Shown here: positions 44,501-56,500 of the stretch, piece after piece
Layout: each line of letters begins with the position of its first letter
Numbering within the stretch: the first letter of the stretch is position 1
DNA from: Acanthaster planci
Taxonomy: Eukaryota
Direction of reading: 5' to 3'
Length of the DNA: 64,000 bases
Assembly: GCF_001949145.1 (NCBI RefSeq)
Contig: NW_019091357.1
Location: 1,120,671 to 1,184,670, forward strand
Translations under genes and position numbers: made by a program
Notes under the pieces: model-generated
Told to the model about the DNA's origin: nothing
What the model saw: the letters and a program-made list of their open reading frames with translations, nothing else
The model's database searches: none

Positions 44501-47500
44501 GAGGAACCATGACGGAAGTAAGCATAGATCCTTGTCGTTTTCTCTCACCAGCATCTTAGTCAGAAATGAGATATTCTGTGTCACAAAGGACCTAGCCTTG
44601 CTTAGAAATGATCCGGAACACTTGCATGTCTTTGTAGGTCACGTGTCTGAAGCACAGTTGAAGATAATGTATGAGGACTCGCGTCCCAAGCAAGCCAAGA
44701 AGGGAGTGGGTCTACTCAATGCTCTCAGCAGTGTCGAGGTCAGTAAATGCCACTCTAGGTCCCAATTTTTCAGCATTGAAATGCTAAAGATTTGCATGTT
44801 GGCTGTTAAGCATTTTGTAAGCCTTATTGTTTACACTAAGCATATGTGGCGCTAGAGATTGTATTCATTGCATTAATGATGTGACTGCTTTTTTTTTCTA
44901 AGTAATTTTTGCTTTAACCACTTGCTGCCGGGTGCTTTTAAAAATGCAGTGCACACATACAGGAGATCTTCAAGATTTTCAGTTTTCAAAATTCTTCAAA
45001 AATTCATCATTTCATTTAACGGATGTTTACACCCACATGAATGACTGTTTGGTGGCTAATCTAAGCTGACAGGCAACCTCCATTGACTCCTGAGTATTTC
45101 AGCCAGGCCTGTCTTTTCAAACGTGGATGGATTAGCATGCAGCAGTGCTGTGTCGCTCATCAATGGGGCCCTGGTGCACTAGTCCACGGTGCTAATCCAC
45201 TGCCGTGCTATGCCCAAAACAGTGGTATACTGTTTGTTTAAAAACTGTGACGGATTACCTTCGAAAAATGCAAGCCGAAAATGATACCAAACCCCAGTAG
45301 CAGGTCTTTTGTTCCGAGTACGGTCTTTTGTTACACGGACCAGCTCTTTTGTCCCATTCTGGGCACCCAGCTCTGCATATAAATCCGTGATGCTCAAAAC
45401 GGGGTTCCCCAGCAGCAAGTGGGTAGCTTAGTCGTAGTGAGATGTTTTGTCCCGGTATAAATAAAGTGATTTTATGAATTCACAGCGAAAATATCAACAG
45501 TTTTAATAGACATAGACCAAGTCAAACTGTGGGGATACACTCACTTCAACTCCCTGTGTTCCCCTCAATCTGTCACTCATCTCTCTCCAAACAGAACACA
45601 CCAGAAGATGACGATGATGGCTTCCTTTCCCAGAGAATCAACAAACCGACTAGTCAGGAGGCCAGGCTGTCAAAACGACTGGACCAGCAGAAGAAGAAAA
45701 AGATCATCATTGTAAGAATTGGCGTAATGTTGCTTCATTGATTCATTGAATCATATACAAACTGGTAGAACTGGTAGCCAGTTCATTTTTCCTTCAGTGT
45801 GTTTTAAGATGAGAAAAAATTCAGGATGGATTGTCCAGGGAGTGCTTTCTTTGTTTCATTTGGATCATGACCCAGTAAAGGATGATCTGAAGCCCTGACC
45901 TCAAAGCTCTAGACTAGGATTTCAGGATCATCAACAAAGATTAAAATTAGGTTTAAGTTGTGGCATTCACCAAACAGAAGTAAACTCAGCAGGCTCATGA
46001 ATGGCTTAGAAGACCTTTGATCTCAACACATTGTATGGAGCCCTGTTGAGGTAAACTGTTGACCCTACCAGTCTCTCGACATCTCTTGGATTCAGGTCTC
46101 AATAAATTCTCGAAGATGCTGCCACAGTAGAAAGTGAGACACTATCGTTCTGCTGTTCTCCAGAAAGCGAAGAACCTACCTCAGTGCTTTCTTAAATCCT
46201 CTCTTTTTCCATCCTCCACTTGTCCTCTTGACAGAAACAGCAAAATGGTTTAGACTCAGTGGGCAATACTGCTGGACTTCCCCCGCCAACTGCCTCTAGC
46301 AAGCAGGAGAGGAAGGATAGAGGAGCCAATCCAAGCATGGCATCGGCTCAAGACTACATTGCTCAGGTAAGAAATTACTCAAACGTTACACCCACCTGCT
46401 ATCCCTTCCAAAAACATTCTTCCAACAGGATCACATGATTTGAGTATTAAGTCTCACTTGACTGTGATGTCCGCTCTGCAGGTTAAAAAGACACTAAGTC
46501 AAGATTCGTACAAGACATTTTCGTCCATCATGCAGACATATAAAAAGGTAGGACGAAAAGTGTCATTAACCTTTTTTTCTCTAAACCTGTTTCTTTGAGC
46601 TGAGCTTTCATAAATATTCCATCTTCTTCTGACTACAATTTTCATCAGACAAGTTAAAAAGGAGGCAGATTACTTTTGATCATGTTGTACTCTTAAGATG
46701 ACTGATATTCAGACGTGACCCATTTTTGCTTTGAATCCTCAACAGACGGACAACTTTGGAGAAATGGTTGCAGGCATCGCAGATCTCTTCACAGAAGACG
46801 AGTCCAAATTTCCCCTCTTTAGAAGTAAATTTGGCGACTTTATTTAGCTTAAATTGGAGAGATGCCCTACCCATTCCTACCGCCTCTAAGACCGTGCATC
46901 CCCCATCATCACTAATGAATGTTTCAATCTGTCCCAGAGACATCCCAGATTCTGATCCCTTGCCTCGCACTGTGTAGAAATTGTAAATCAGTGCTTACAA
47001 ATAAACAGATGTACATTTAATCAGCCACACCTTGAAATTGGAGTTCGTTTGGACTGGAAATTACTATTTCGAAGCTTTTGCCAACCTACTTATATTAATC
47101 TTAAGCCACTTCTTGAAGTTGCCCCTGTTTCCATTGATTTGGTTAGAAGAAACCACTTCCTGAGCCCCTGCTGTGCAGGCTGTGCACATTACCTCAATAA
47201 AATTGATAATGAGTCACTTGTCTCTCGACCACTGAATGTCATCCTGAGTATCCTGAGTACAGACTCTTGATTAAGAGCTTGCTTCTGTCTCTGCTCATAG
47301 ATTTCTACACCTTCGCTCGCCCTCATCACAAGAAGCAGTTCCACACCATCTGCATTAATCTTACTGGGCAGGGATGCGGATACAAACCAGAGCACAGCAT
47401 CCCTCCAAAGAAACTAGAGAAGCAGAAACCGTTCACCCCTTCCACGTCAAGTAAGAGTGTTGCTTCTGTAGTGGTTGCCAATAACACAAAGCCTCAGCTG

Positions 47501-49574
47501 GCTAATTTGCAAGTTTATTTGATAGATGGTTTCATCCAATTTTGGGAAATGCTCATTTTCTTAAGTAAAGGTCATATCTTACAGACCCGTAACTAGGACT
47601 TTTGTGTGTGGGGGGGTGCGAATCCTCAACAAGCAGACCAATCATAGATCTTTTGCTTTTTCATTTGGGAGCTAGTAGGATTCATGAGGTTGTACCAATT
47701 GTTTTAGGGGTTACAAGTAAACTCCCGAAGAGGGATTGACTGAGGTGAAAAATACTGAACCACAATACTGAGCAAAACGTTCTACTATCGCTCAAAATCT
47801 TTTCTTGCCTCAAAAGCGGACTTAGTCACATGGGGTGGGGGTGCGGATGCACCCCCCCCCCCAGTTACGGGCCTGTCTTAACCTATATTTCTTGGGATTT
47901 GTCTGAAAAAGTTTGGCTTCTTTTTTGTTGCCAGTTGATCGAAGTAAGTCGGGTCCACCAGAGCAAAATCGCCTACAGAATGGGCCACTTTCATGCAAAG
48001 GCGTGATTATCAGCAAAGCTGCTAACCCTACTAAGAGGCACAAGCCAGACAGCTTTGATCTGTCATCAGCGGGTATCAGCAATAACACAACTGGACCTGA
48101 CAGAGCTGCTTGCCCTCTAGAACTTAGTGAAGAAGTACCAAGGAAAAGTCTTCCTAGAGAGGACACAGTGTCAAAGTCATCATTTGTCCCTCCTGCATCA
48201 GAATCTGATCTCTCTGCTGAATCCTTGGCTAACTTGAACAAAACGGCATCATCAACTTGTGTCGAGAACAACGTGGACAGTTTTACTGCCAAATCAAAGG
48301 TGGACCCATCTGCTGATTCTGTGAAAGGAGATTCAAAAAGCATACCGAGCAATACCTCAGAGCTTGAAGCAAAGAAGGTCAAGACCAGCTCTTGTGAAGT
48401 TCAAGATATAGGTGTTCCCTCGGCAGATGTGTCCATTACCCTCACAAAACCACCTGAAAGCAAGCCAAATTGTGTCAGACAACAACTGGAAAGGTCAAGG
48501 TTAAAAGTGCATCAAGGAGAAAACTCAGGTGATTGCAAAGAAAGGGAGAAGCCATCTGTAGACGATAGGGATACAGTCAAGAATTCTACTGGAGATCCGT
48601 TCAGAGATGTCAGAAGCTCTGACTCTAAGAAAATAAGAAATGCAGATTCACAAAGACAGGATTCCAAAAGCAAACCAGGAGGCAGTCTGTCTGAGGATGC
48701 TCCCTGTTTCTCCGAAGAGCCAAAGGTAGAATTCGAAGACTCCCAAGAAGAAGATGCTGAGGAACCAATGTCCTTGGAATCCAGCACAGATGAAGATCCT
48801 GTTCTAAATGCCAGTGACGAGCTCTTTGATGCTGCTTTTAGCTCATCTAACCCTTTGATGGGAAAATCTGAAGAGGCCCACGAAAACAAAACCGAAACCA
48901 AAGGATTTACAGATAAAGATCAAAGAACAGCCTCTTTGTTAGAGGATTTGCCAGGACCGAGTATAGGAGGAGCAACCTCTCAAGTAGAACCAGCCCCATC
49001 AGCTAGAGAAGAACCAGATAATTCATGCAGTCGGCCAAAGGCTGATCCACCTGTTGCGCAAGGATCCAAAAGGTGGAGAATTCAGAAGATGGTTGATGAA
49101 GTGAAACGGACCCTCAGTGATTTAGGAGCCCTGGAAGGAAGGAGCAACAGAGGGAGTCTGAAGATTGAGAATACCAGGTCTCAGAGAGAAGTAGGAGGGA
49201 AAGACAGCCACTGTCAGGTAGTTCAGAAGAACTGCAACAATTTCAGCCCAAGAAGCAACATATTTAAACCCTCTTCCAAGGTGAAATCAAGTAGCTCACA
49301 GGATGATTTTCAGTCACCATCCCAACTCAAGTCGAGTAAAAGGAATAAATCAGACATGAGTCCAGGAAAATTAAGCAGGAAGCGAGAAGCGGATAACCTT
49401 TTAGAAAACAGACACAAGAAAATATGTGAGGGTGATGACAGGAGATTTGAGAAACTGACTTCAAAGCAACCTGATGGCAAACACTTGAAGTTCAATCCCA
49501 AAAAGGCTGGAGATACAGATGGTGACCAGTTAGGTGTCAATTTCAGAAAAGGTGAAACTCCCCTGAAAAATTGA
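35585..49574 (+). CDS. RTEL1: Regulator of telomere elongation helicase 1 (XPD-family Fe-S DEAH helicase), ~1571 aa as assembled
   Basis: join(35585-35686,36006-36228,36359-36452,36928-37009,37388-37448,37551-37626,37763-37913,38395-38539,38920-38958,39064-39136,39274-39371,39760-39818,40588-40647,40992-41079,41312-41444,41573-41727,42043-42128,42301-42378,42772-42849,43138-43275,43877-43992,44114-44237,44346-44517,44638-44738,45595-45711,46235-46366,46482-46547,46746-46824,47301-47450,47935-49574), all GT-AG, 4716 nt. Motifs [27 protein letters not shown], four Fe-S Cys (QLCIHP, HMCRAK, TCHFY, VCPYY), [35 protein letters not shown], and harmonin-N-like [10 protein letters not shown]...CGYKPEH. 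The 3' end is less certain. Confidence 0.95.
39938..40090 (+). repeat. Interspersed repeat copy A (inverted partner at 45270-45420)
   Basis: GCTACTGGGGAGCCCGGTTTCGGGC...AACAAAAGACCGTACTTGGAACAAAAGACC, with an internal 12-bp inverted pair CCGGTTTCGGGC/GCCCGAAACCGG. Confidence 0.8.
40879..40952 (+). mobile_element. tRNA-derived SINE head / tRNA-like pseudogene
   Basis: A-box TGGCTCAGTTGG (40887) and B-box GTTCGAATCC (40933), no intact cloverleaf. Confidence 0.65.
41893..42003 (+). mobile_element. Degenerate tRNA-derived SINE fragment
   Basis: B-box GGTTCGAATCCC at 41940, A-box degenerate. Confidence 0.45.
43490..43620 (+). mobile_element. tRNA-derived SINE
   Basis: A-box TGGTCAAGTGG (43497) and B-box GGTTCAAGTCC (43542), followed by a non-tRNA body with hairpin AGCTTGTGAATTTTTCACAAGCT. 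Confidence 0.7.
45270..45420 (-). repeat. Interspersed repeat copy B (reverse orientation)
   Basis: GGTCTTTTGTTCCGAGTACGGTCTTTTGTTA is the near-exact reverse complement of copy A's core, and the flanks also align. Confidence 0.8.
47582..47875. mobile_element. MITE with TIRs and 5-bp target-site duplication
   Basis: TCTTA|CAGACCCGTAACT ... AGTTACGGGCCTG|TCTTA, with subterminal GGGGGTGCG/GCACCCCC tracts. Confidence 0.85.
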
Positions 49575-52319
49575 TGAAGTCCTCAAAATTGAACTTGGAG
49601 TCTAAAATAAGCCCTGCTCCTTCAGATCAACCTGTGGACTGCTCACAGCATGCAGCAACTTCAAAACCAAGGAAAGTAAAGCTGAGCAAAAGGAACAGCT
49701 GCAAAAAGATCCAAGAACCAGTAGCTGAGTTCATGGACAGCAAGTGCAACCAGACGACAAACACAGACATACAGACAGCACCTGATGTCTCTCTGAGTAG
49801 AGCGTCTTGTTCCAGACGCATAGAGAATTCTTCAAAGAAGCCCCTGGCAAAGGCTGAGCAGTCATTTCTCAAGGAGACAGCAAACTCCAGTCACGCCAAA
49901 TGAAATGGTATGTGTGTCGGCCTGCTCTGTCTTTGCCACATAGTTTCCATTATTAGAGTTTTGGTGAATATTCCGATTTCAGTACAAATTATTCAACATT
50001 AGAAGCAGTAAATATATTTTACAAAAATATTAAACCGAAGAAATAGCCCAGGATATATCTCAAATTAAAAAAAAAATGGCTCCTTTTAGGGGGCCATGGC
50101 CCCTCCCTCGATCCATCCTTGTTTTCTTGGATTGGCTCTGAGACTGCTTGAGGGCTGATAAGTGCAGCGCCCTCACCAACACGTGTTACATCTGATAGCA
50201 TGGCACACACATTTGATTTCCTTCAAGCTTCCACCAGCGGAAATGATTGTGTTCTGCCCAGCCACAGGTGAATGTCTACAAGGTTGGTCATGTTCCTGGT
50301 ATTTTCTTGCCCTCCACAGGCGTTTCAGAAATGTCCTGAGTGCAGTTCTCATACTAAGGAGAAGTGTCTTGTTGCAGTCTGATCAAGTACCAAAGTTGGT
50401 CAAGATTTCCGAAGAAGTTATTTTGGGTAAGCCGTGAAAAAAGGATACAAATACAGTGACATTATACAAAGCACATTTTGATAGGTGCACATACATGTAA
50501 CTTCATTAGGACAGACACTTGCAGACGCCAAACTTGACCTGCACCTTTTTTGCTGTTCTGTTTTATCCTGGAAGCTATCTTTGTTTTTTTTCTACGTTGA
50601 TTGTCACTCATTTTTACAAGTTTTCTACATTGGGTTTATCCTCCATTTTCCACCCACAGTGACAGTTTTCTATTCATTTAATTTGAGAGAGCTGATAATT
50701 CTCTGTATCGAACACACTTTGAACCTGTCAACTGTTTGATCACATGCCTCCTTCCACGCCATCACTTTATCCAATTGAGTCCAAATGAAACGAAAGCAAA
50801 TATTCTTATCTCAAAGGCATCTATTGCCCTTGCCAGATGGCCAAAGAGACACGGTCAGGTTTGTGTTAATCACTTAGCCTCTTAAATTTTATCAAAATGT
50901 GCTTAATCTCTTATCAAGCCTATTAATATTTGTCACCATTGAAAATTTGACTGTCACAGCAGTGAAGAATCCGGCACCCATTTCCTGTAAATTCTTGTTT
51001 TACCAGGCTGGTTTCTTTCTGTTTGCACAAATCTTCAATGAGAGTGTAAGGTTGGAATGAATTTCTTTTTACCTAAGTGTGGTTGACTTTTAACTGAGAA
51101 GTGGTTGCTCATTATGACAAGGTTGCTAGAACCGGTCACCTGCAGGCATAGCACGTACAATAGAGCCTTGTTATTTAATAAGAAAAAAAAAATTCAAGAG
51201 ACATGGAACTTCAGAATTTTACTTCATACAACAGTATATTTGTTATAACAGTGTTTGTTGTGACTCGTGAAAAGAATTATATAGCAACCATGTTGTGGAT
51301 ACAGAACAAATTGTGTTGATACCCACAAATAATTTATCAGAATTTCATATTAATATTTCCATTGAATAGTTTTTTTTCCAAAGTATCTAAAGTATATGTA
51401 GGCTTACGTTATCATGTATATGTGCATCAGTCTTGAATTGTTATTTAAAAAATTACTTAATATTTGTAAGCATAAGAAAAGTTGTACATTTATGATTTTT
51501 TGGACAGCAGTGGAACCTTATTCATTGGGAAGCCATGTTTGATCGTGTTCCCGGAATCTTTCTTTATTTTATCTTAGTGAAATTTGTTAAATGTGGTGGT
51601 GCCAGACTATTTGGGTTCCGATGATGCCTCACTTTAAAATTTGTTTAAATTGTGGCGTACACAGTGGCGTACACATGTAGTTAATCAGAAATTTCAGCTT
51701 GGCATAAACATTTACATGTAATGAAATATTCTTTCATTGCTTTCATTTGTATTCTCGGTTCCCCAAATCTAAAATTAACCTCGCTTTTGATTCAACATGG
51801 CTCCCATGTGATTAAGGGCCAATTCTGTCATACAAGAAAAACTGCAGCGTTAGTCAATCAGATTTATAGTTGTGCGTGCCGACTCAAACTTATTATAATG
51901 TTTATATTACATAACCATAGACTGCATGTAGGCATAGAAATGGAATTTATTGTGGCTAACATCGTGGAAGTTTCTTTATTGAATCGCTGGACAGAACAGA
52001 AGCCTTTGCTTGAACGTCGAGTGCGTACCTTTTCACCTCTTTATTAACTTATCGAAAAGTAATATAAACGTTACGTTTTGTCAAGATAAAGTTATGGATA
52101 GGTTTGGCAGAGCTGACATCCCTGTCTTTGAGATGTATTTAGTTCCTTGAGGGTCTTAGTTCCGTTTCGTTATACTGTTGAACAAAAACGTTATTGTAAC
52201 AAGAGGTTACAACATTAATGACGTTTTGCTCATTGTGCGCACGACCGTGTGTTGGGGTTATGCTAGGATGTACATATAGACCTAGATTATTCCCATGGTG
52301 TGGATATCGTTTGAGTGTA

Positions 52320-53545
52320 ACATTCCAAGCTGTAATCTCCAGGCCGGTACATTTAGTCTACTGATTGGTGGCCGACATGTTGATATCTGGGCAGACATAG
52401 CCACAAGGAACCTAGACTGGTAACTAAAAAGCTGGGGATCAAAACTGTGATAATCTACACGTATTGGTTGTCTGAAGAAGTTTAGTCTCCACACTGTAAA
52501 TCTGTGATTGACTGACTGTTCTTTTGTTCAAGTTGGTAATCCACCGGCTGTTAAAGTCGAGGTTCTTCATCTTGTGACTGATGATATCCCGGCTGGATGT
52601 GTACAGGTGTGTAACGCACTGGTAATAATGTTTCCGGGCTGATAGTCTCTAAGCTGTTATTCCAAAGGCTGGTCAACCCTTGTCTGTTAATTTCTTGCCT
52701 GATAATTTCCTGGTTCATTACTTTCTGGGCACAGAGTCTGGAGATCCCAAGGTATGTAAAAGCTGTCAGTCTCTAGCAGGTTATCCACAGTCCCCCTCAA
52801 GCTGGTGATATTTTGGCTAGTAATCTCTTCGTTCATTGTCTTACGGCTTATGTCAGTAGATCTCTATCGTTTCCGCCTGTTAATCCGCAGGCTGGTTAAC
52901 CACAGGATGTTAAACCGCAAGCTTTTGGTCGGTAATCTGAAGGNNNNNNNNNNNNNNNNNNNNNNNNNNNNNNNNNNNNNNNNNNNNNNNNNNNNNNNNN
53001 NNNNNNNNNNNNNNNNNNNNNNNNNNNNNNNNNNNNNNNNNNNNNNNNNNNNNNNNNNNNNNNNNNNNNNNNNNNNNNNNNNNNNNNNNNNNNNNNNNNN
53101 NNNNNNNNNNNNNNNNNNNNNNNNNNNNNNNNNNNNNNNNNNNNNNNNNNNNNNNNNNNNNNNNNNNNNNNNNNNNNNNNNNNNNNNNNNNNNNNNNNNN
53201 NNNNNNNNNNNNNNNNNNNNNNNNNNNNNNNNNNNNNNNNNNNNNNNNNNNNNNNNNNNNNNNNNNNNNNNNNNNNNNNNNNNNNNNNNNNNNNNNNNNN
53301 NNNNNNNNNNNNNNNNNNNNNNNNNNNNNNNNNNNNNNNNNNNNNNNNNNNNNNNNNNNNNNNNNNNNNNNNNNNNNNNNNNNNNNNNNNNNNNNNNNNN
53401 NNNNNNNNNNNNAATCTGAAGGCTGATAATTTCTTCGTCGTTAATCTGAGGCTGATTGTAGGCTAGTAAACCCCAAGCTTGTATACAGCGGTCCCCAAGG
53501 TTGGAATCCTCAAGGCGTAGGTCCACAATATGCCAGCAGATGTAG
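52320..53545. repeat. Highly degenerate ~15-bp minisatellite (consensus ~GCTGTTAATCCNCAG) spanning an assembly gap
   Basis: Units such as CCTGTTAATCCGCAG GCTGGTTAACCACAG GATGTTAAACCGCAA, and GCTGATAATTTC, GCTAGTAAACCCCAA on both sides of the gap. Confidence 0.7.
52944..53412. other. Assembly gap (N run)
   Basis: 469 N, with both flanks sharing AATCTGAAGG. Confidence 1.
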
Positions 53546-56500
53546 TCATGGGATATCTGCACACCCTGAGTAGAGTGACCCAGCCTCGTCAAGCACGGCT
53601 TCCGTCGATGAAGCCATGTGACTGACCTCGCTAGCGAGGCTTGGGCTGGCTGCAGTGACTTGAATCGTGGGTAGGTGCAGCCCCTTCCTTGGGGCAGTAC
53701 CGTATCCCGCCGTCACGGTGCATGAGGTGATCGTTGCTGATCGGGAAAAAAAAGGAAGAACGGTGGTGTCGTTAAACCATGTCAATGTTTAAGGATTCAT
53801 TTACCCCTAGGTGCTGCAAGGGCATGGAATTTAGATTAAGGATCCGAAATCGATATTAACGAGAATATTAACTGGAGCACGGGCGTGATCTGGTAGTGTA
53901 ATGCAAAATAACACCCACAGGATGCAAGAATTCAGGTTACGAGCTGGTTGCAACTCGATTTAGATTTCATTTTTTTGTGGAAATATTTCGTCTTTGCTTT
54001 CACGAAATATGCAACGTGTACTTTATACAATTGTCTTGTATTACTGTACATGTATCCAAAAGGTGTGTTATTCTGAACATTGTTTGAATTCGTTTTGTAG
54101 ACAGGCACCAAATTTAAATGACTTCCTGGAGTCAGTAGTGGAGACATTACAATGACAAGTGCGTAATGTGAAACACATAATTATTTGTCAACGAACGGAG
54201 TGTCATTGGCTTTGTGCATGACCGAAAGAGGGCGCTCTTTTGCGATACGAACGACGAGGCTGGATGGATCACCATTTGGCGCTATTGAGTATGAGCATTA
54301 AGGAATGCAGTTTAACCACATGGTTTGTTAGTCTCGATCGCGTGGTTTATGACGGAGGGAAAGGGCCAGCTGTGGTGTTAGTAGTATTTATTGAGTCGGT
54401 CAACAGTCGGCGTCAAATTGAGTGGTAACGAACTGAGCGATAAAATATATTGTGTATGTAGAAACATGCATGGGTGAGTAAGCGCGTAATTGCCAGGTAA
54501 ATTGTAACAGTTCAATATACATGTAATCGATAAACCGATGAATTACCTGATTGGACTTACTTCCGAGGCTGTTTTGGCGGTTCCCGTAAAAAGTGCTGGA
54601 AATGCTCCTCATAACAGGGGTGGATGACGGAGCCTCATCACCACGGCAACGCTGGCAGAGTAGAGAGCGCCACCTACGGCCGAGTTGCTCCAGCTTCTTG
54701 CGGTACTGCCGCTTCATGAGGACGTAGACGAATGGGTCAATCACGTGATTCAACGTCAGCAGGTAGATGACAATGACAAGAGCGAGCTGGGAGCTGGAGC
54801 CGGTGACGGCCTTGACAAGTCTTTGAATCTGGTCAAAAGGTCATTTTTCAAATATATTTGAGAGTGGGAAAGCCTTGCCCTTTGCGTTCTTAAATACACC
54901 ATAATAAATTTGAGGGATTCCGCCCCGCCTTGAAGTACGCCCCCAAGCGGCAAAAGAAAGACAGATGGTAGCAACCAATGACGCGCTCCGATTTGCTCAT
55001 GAATATTTATGAGGTGTAGTAATAAGTTTTACAAGCGGGTTCTTGCGTTCTGCGTGTACGCAAAGACCATACATTTTAGGAATAAATTTGTCACGCTTTC
55101 CCAGCGTGCTCCGCGTCAAACGCGCCATTGATCTCCATTATAAATGTGCGCCTATGCGGTAAGTAAAAAAGCCTTCTTTTCTTCTGCTCTGAGCGGATAG
55201 GTCAACACCACATCTCATGCTGCTTTAAGAGGAACAAATCATTTCCCTTTACGTCACAGAAAGCAACACAAAATAAACTGAAGTTTTCTCAATGTTATTG
55301 ACTTGATTTTAATTGAATATTAATTTTGATTTATAATTTGTCCGTGCACAACAGCTGAAAACATTTTTTTAGTCAAACAAGCAACATTTATTTCCAACAA
55401 AATGAATTAACTTTACGTGTTGATATTTTACAATATTTTTTATCGATAGGTTGGGTTGAAGGAACAACAATAAATTCGTCGGTAGTTATGTAAACAGGTT
55501 TTTTCAAGACTGAATGATCAGCTTTGCAAATATTGTCCAAGCTAAACTGACTTTAATACAGCTATTCAATTTTGTGGCCGTCTTCAGCAGAATGCGTAGA
55601 TTAATAATAAAACGATGCCCCGTTTACAACCTTCACCTTGAAATGAAAAGGCCCAGCAATATCGCCATGCGATGTGCAACATTAACAAGAAAACTTCACC
55701 GCGCCTAACGGCATTTTATCGCTGCCTTTAATGGGCCCGTCAATTTGCGAGACAATGAGTTAAAAACAACGACCTCTGTTGTAGCTTGGACTTCTTTCCC
55801 TAATTTTTTTTATCGTTCAATTTTCTGCGTCAGGGGCGTGTCAGTTTGATGGATTGGCGGTTTTTAAATCGCAGAACGCGAAACGATCCCATTTCCCTCG
55901 CCGATATTGGGAATGACCAATAGCCCAGCGATGACCTGTCAAATAGTGCACTCAGTATTCCGGGAAGCGAACCAATCCTGACTTTTGTTTCCACAGGCTC
56001 GTTAAAAAAGATCTATTGTGGAGCGAGGCTTTACGAGGGAAGCACGCTGTTGATGCGACCCATAATCATCCGTAATTACTGCACGTAGTAACTGCTCTCG
56101 GTGCCGTTGCGAAAGCCCTTTCTCTTGGCACGCCACCTGACCATCGATCACTTGTTGGTAAACAAGCCGATGCTCTTATGATATTTATTATTTCTACCGA
56201 TGTGAGATAAGCACTTCAGTGATACACACTCTCATTTCATTAATGACATATGCATCTGTTTTGCACTGAGTTTGACCGGGATGAAAACTACGTACTTAAG
56301 GTGTAGTGGCATATTGCAAATAAAATTGATTGGTCTGGTGTTAGACGCTTGACCGCGGGCGTTGCTGGTTTAAGAGAGCGGCATTTCGTAGCGCGCGCCG
56401 CTGTTACGCCCAAAACGGAAACAGCATATTTTGGGTATTTACTGCAAATGTTCCGCTAAAAAAAAAAAAATTCGGGCTCTGCTCAGAATTCAGATGCATG

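Noticed and set aside
45860..45935. Intronic C/D-box snoRNA
   Set aside because: GATGA/CTGA words are present, but there is no properly spaced C and D box pair with a terminal stem.
47822..49872. Antisense ORFs over the large RTEL1 exon
   Set aside because: Shadow ORFs of a biased coding sequence, with no motifs.
52805..53592. Long ORFs of 204 and 242 aa
   Set aside because: Artefacts of translating through the N gap.
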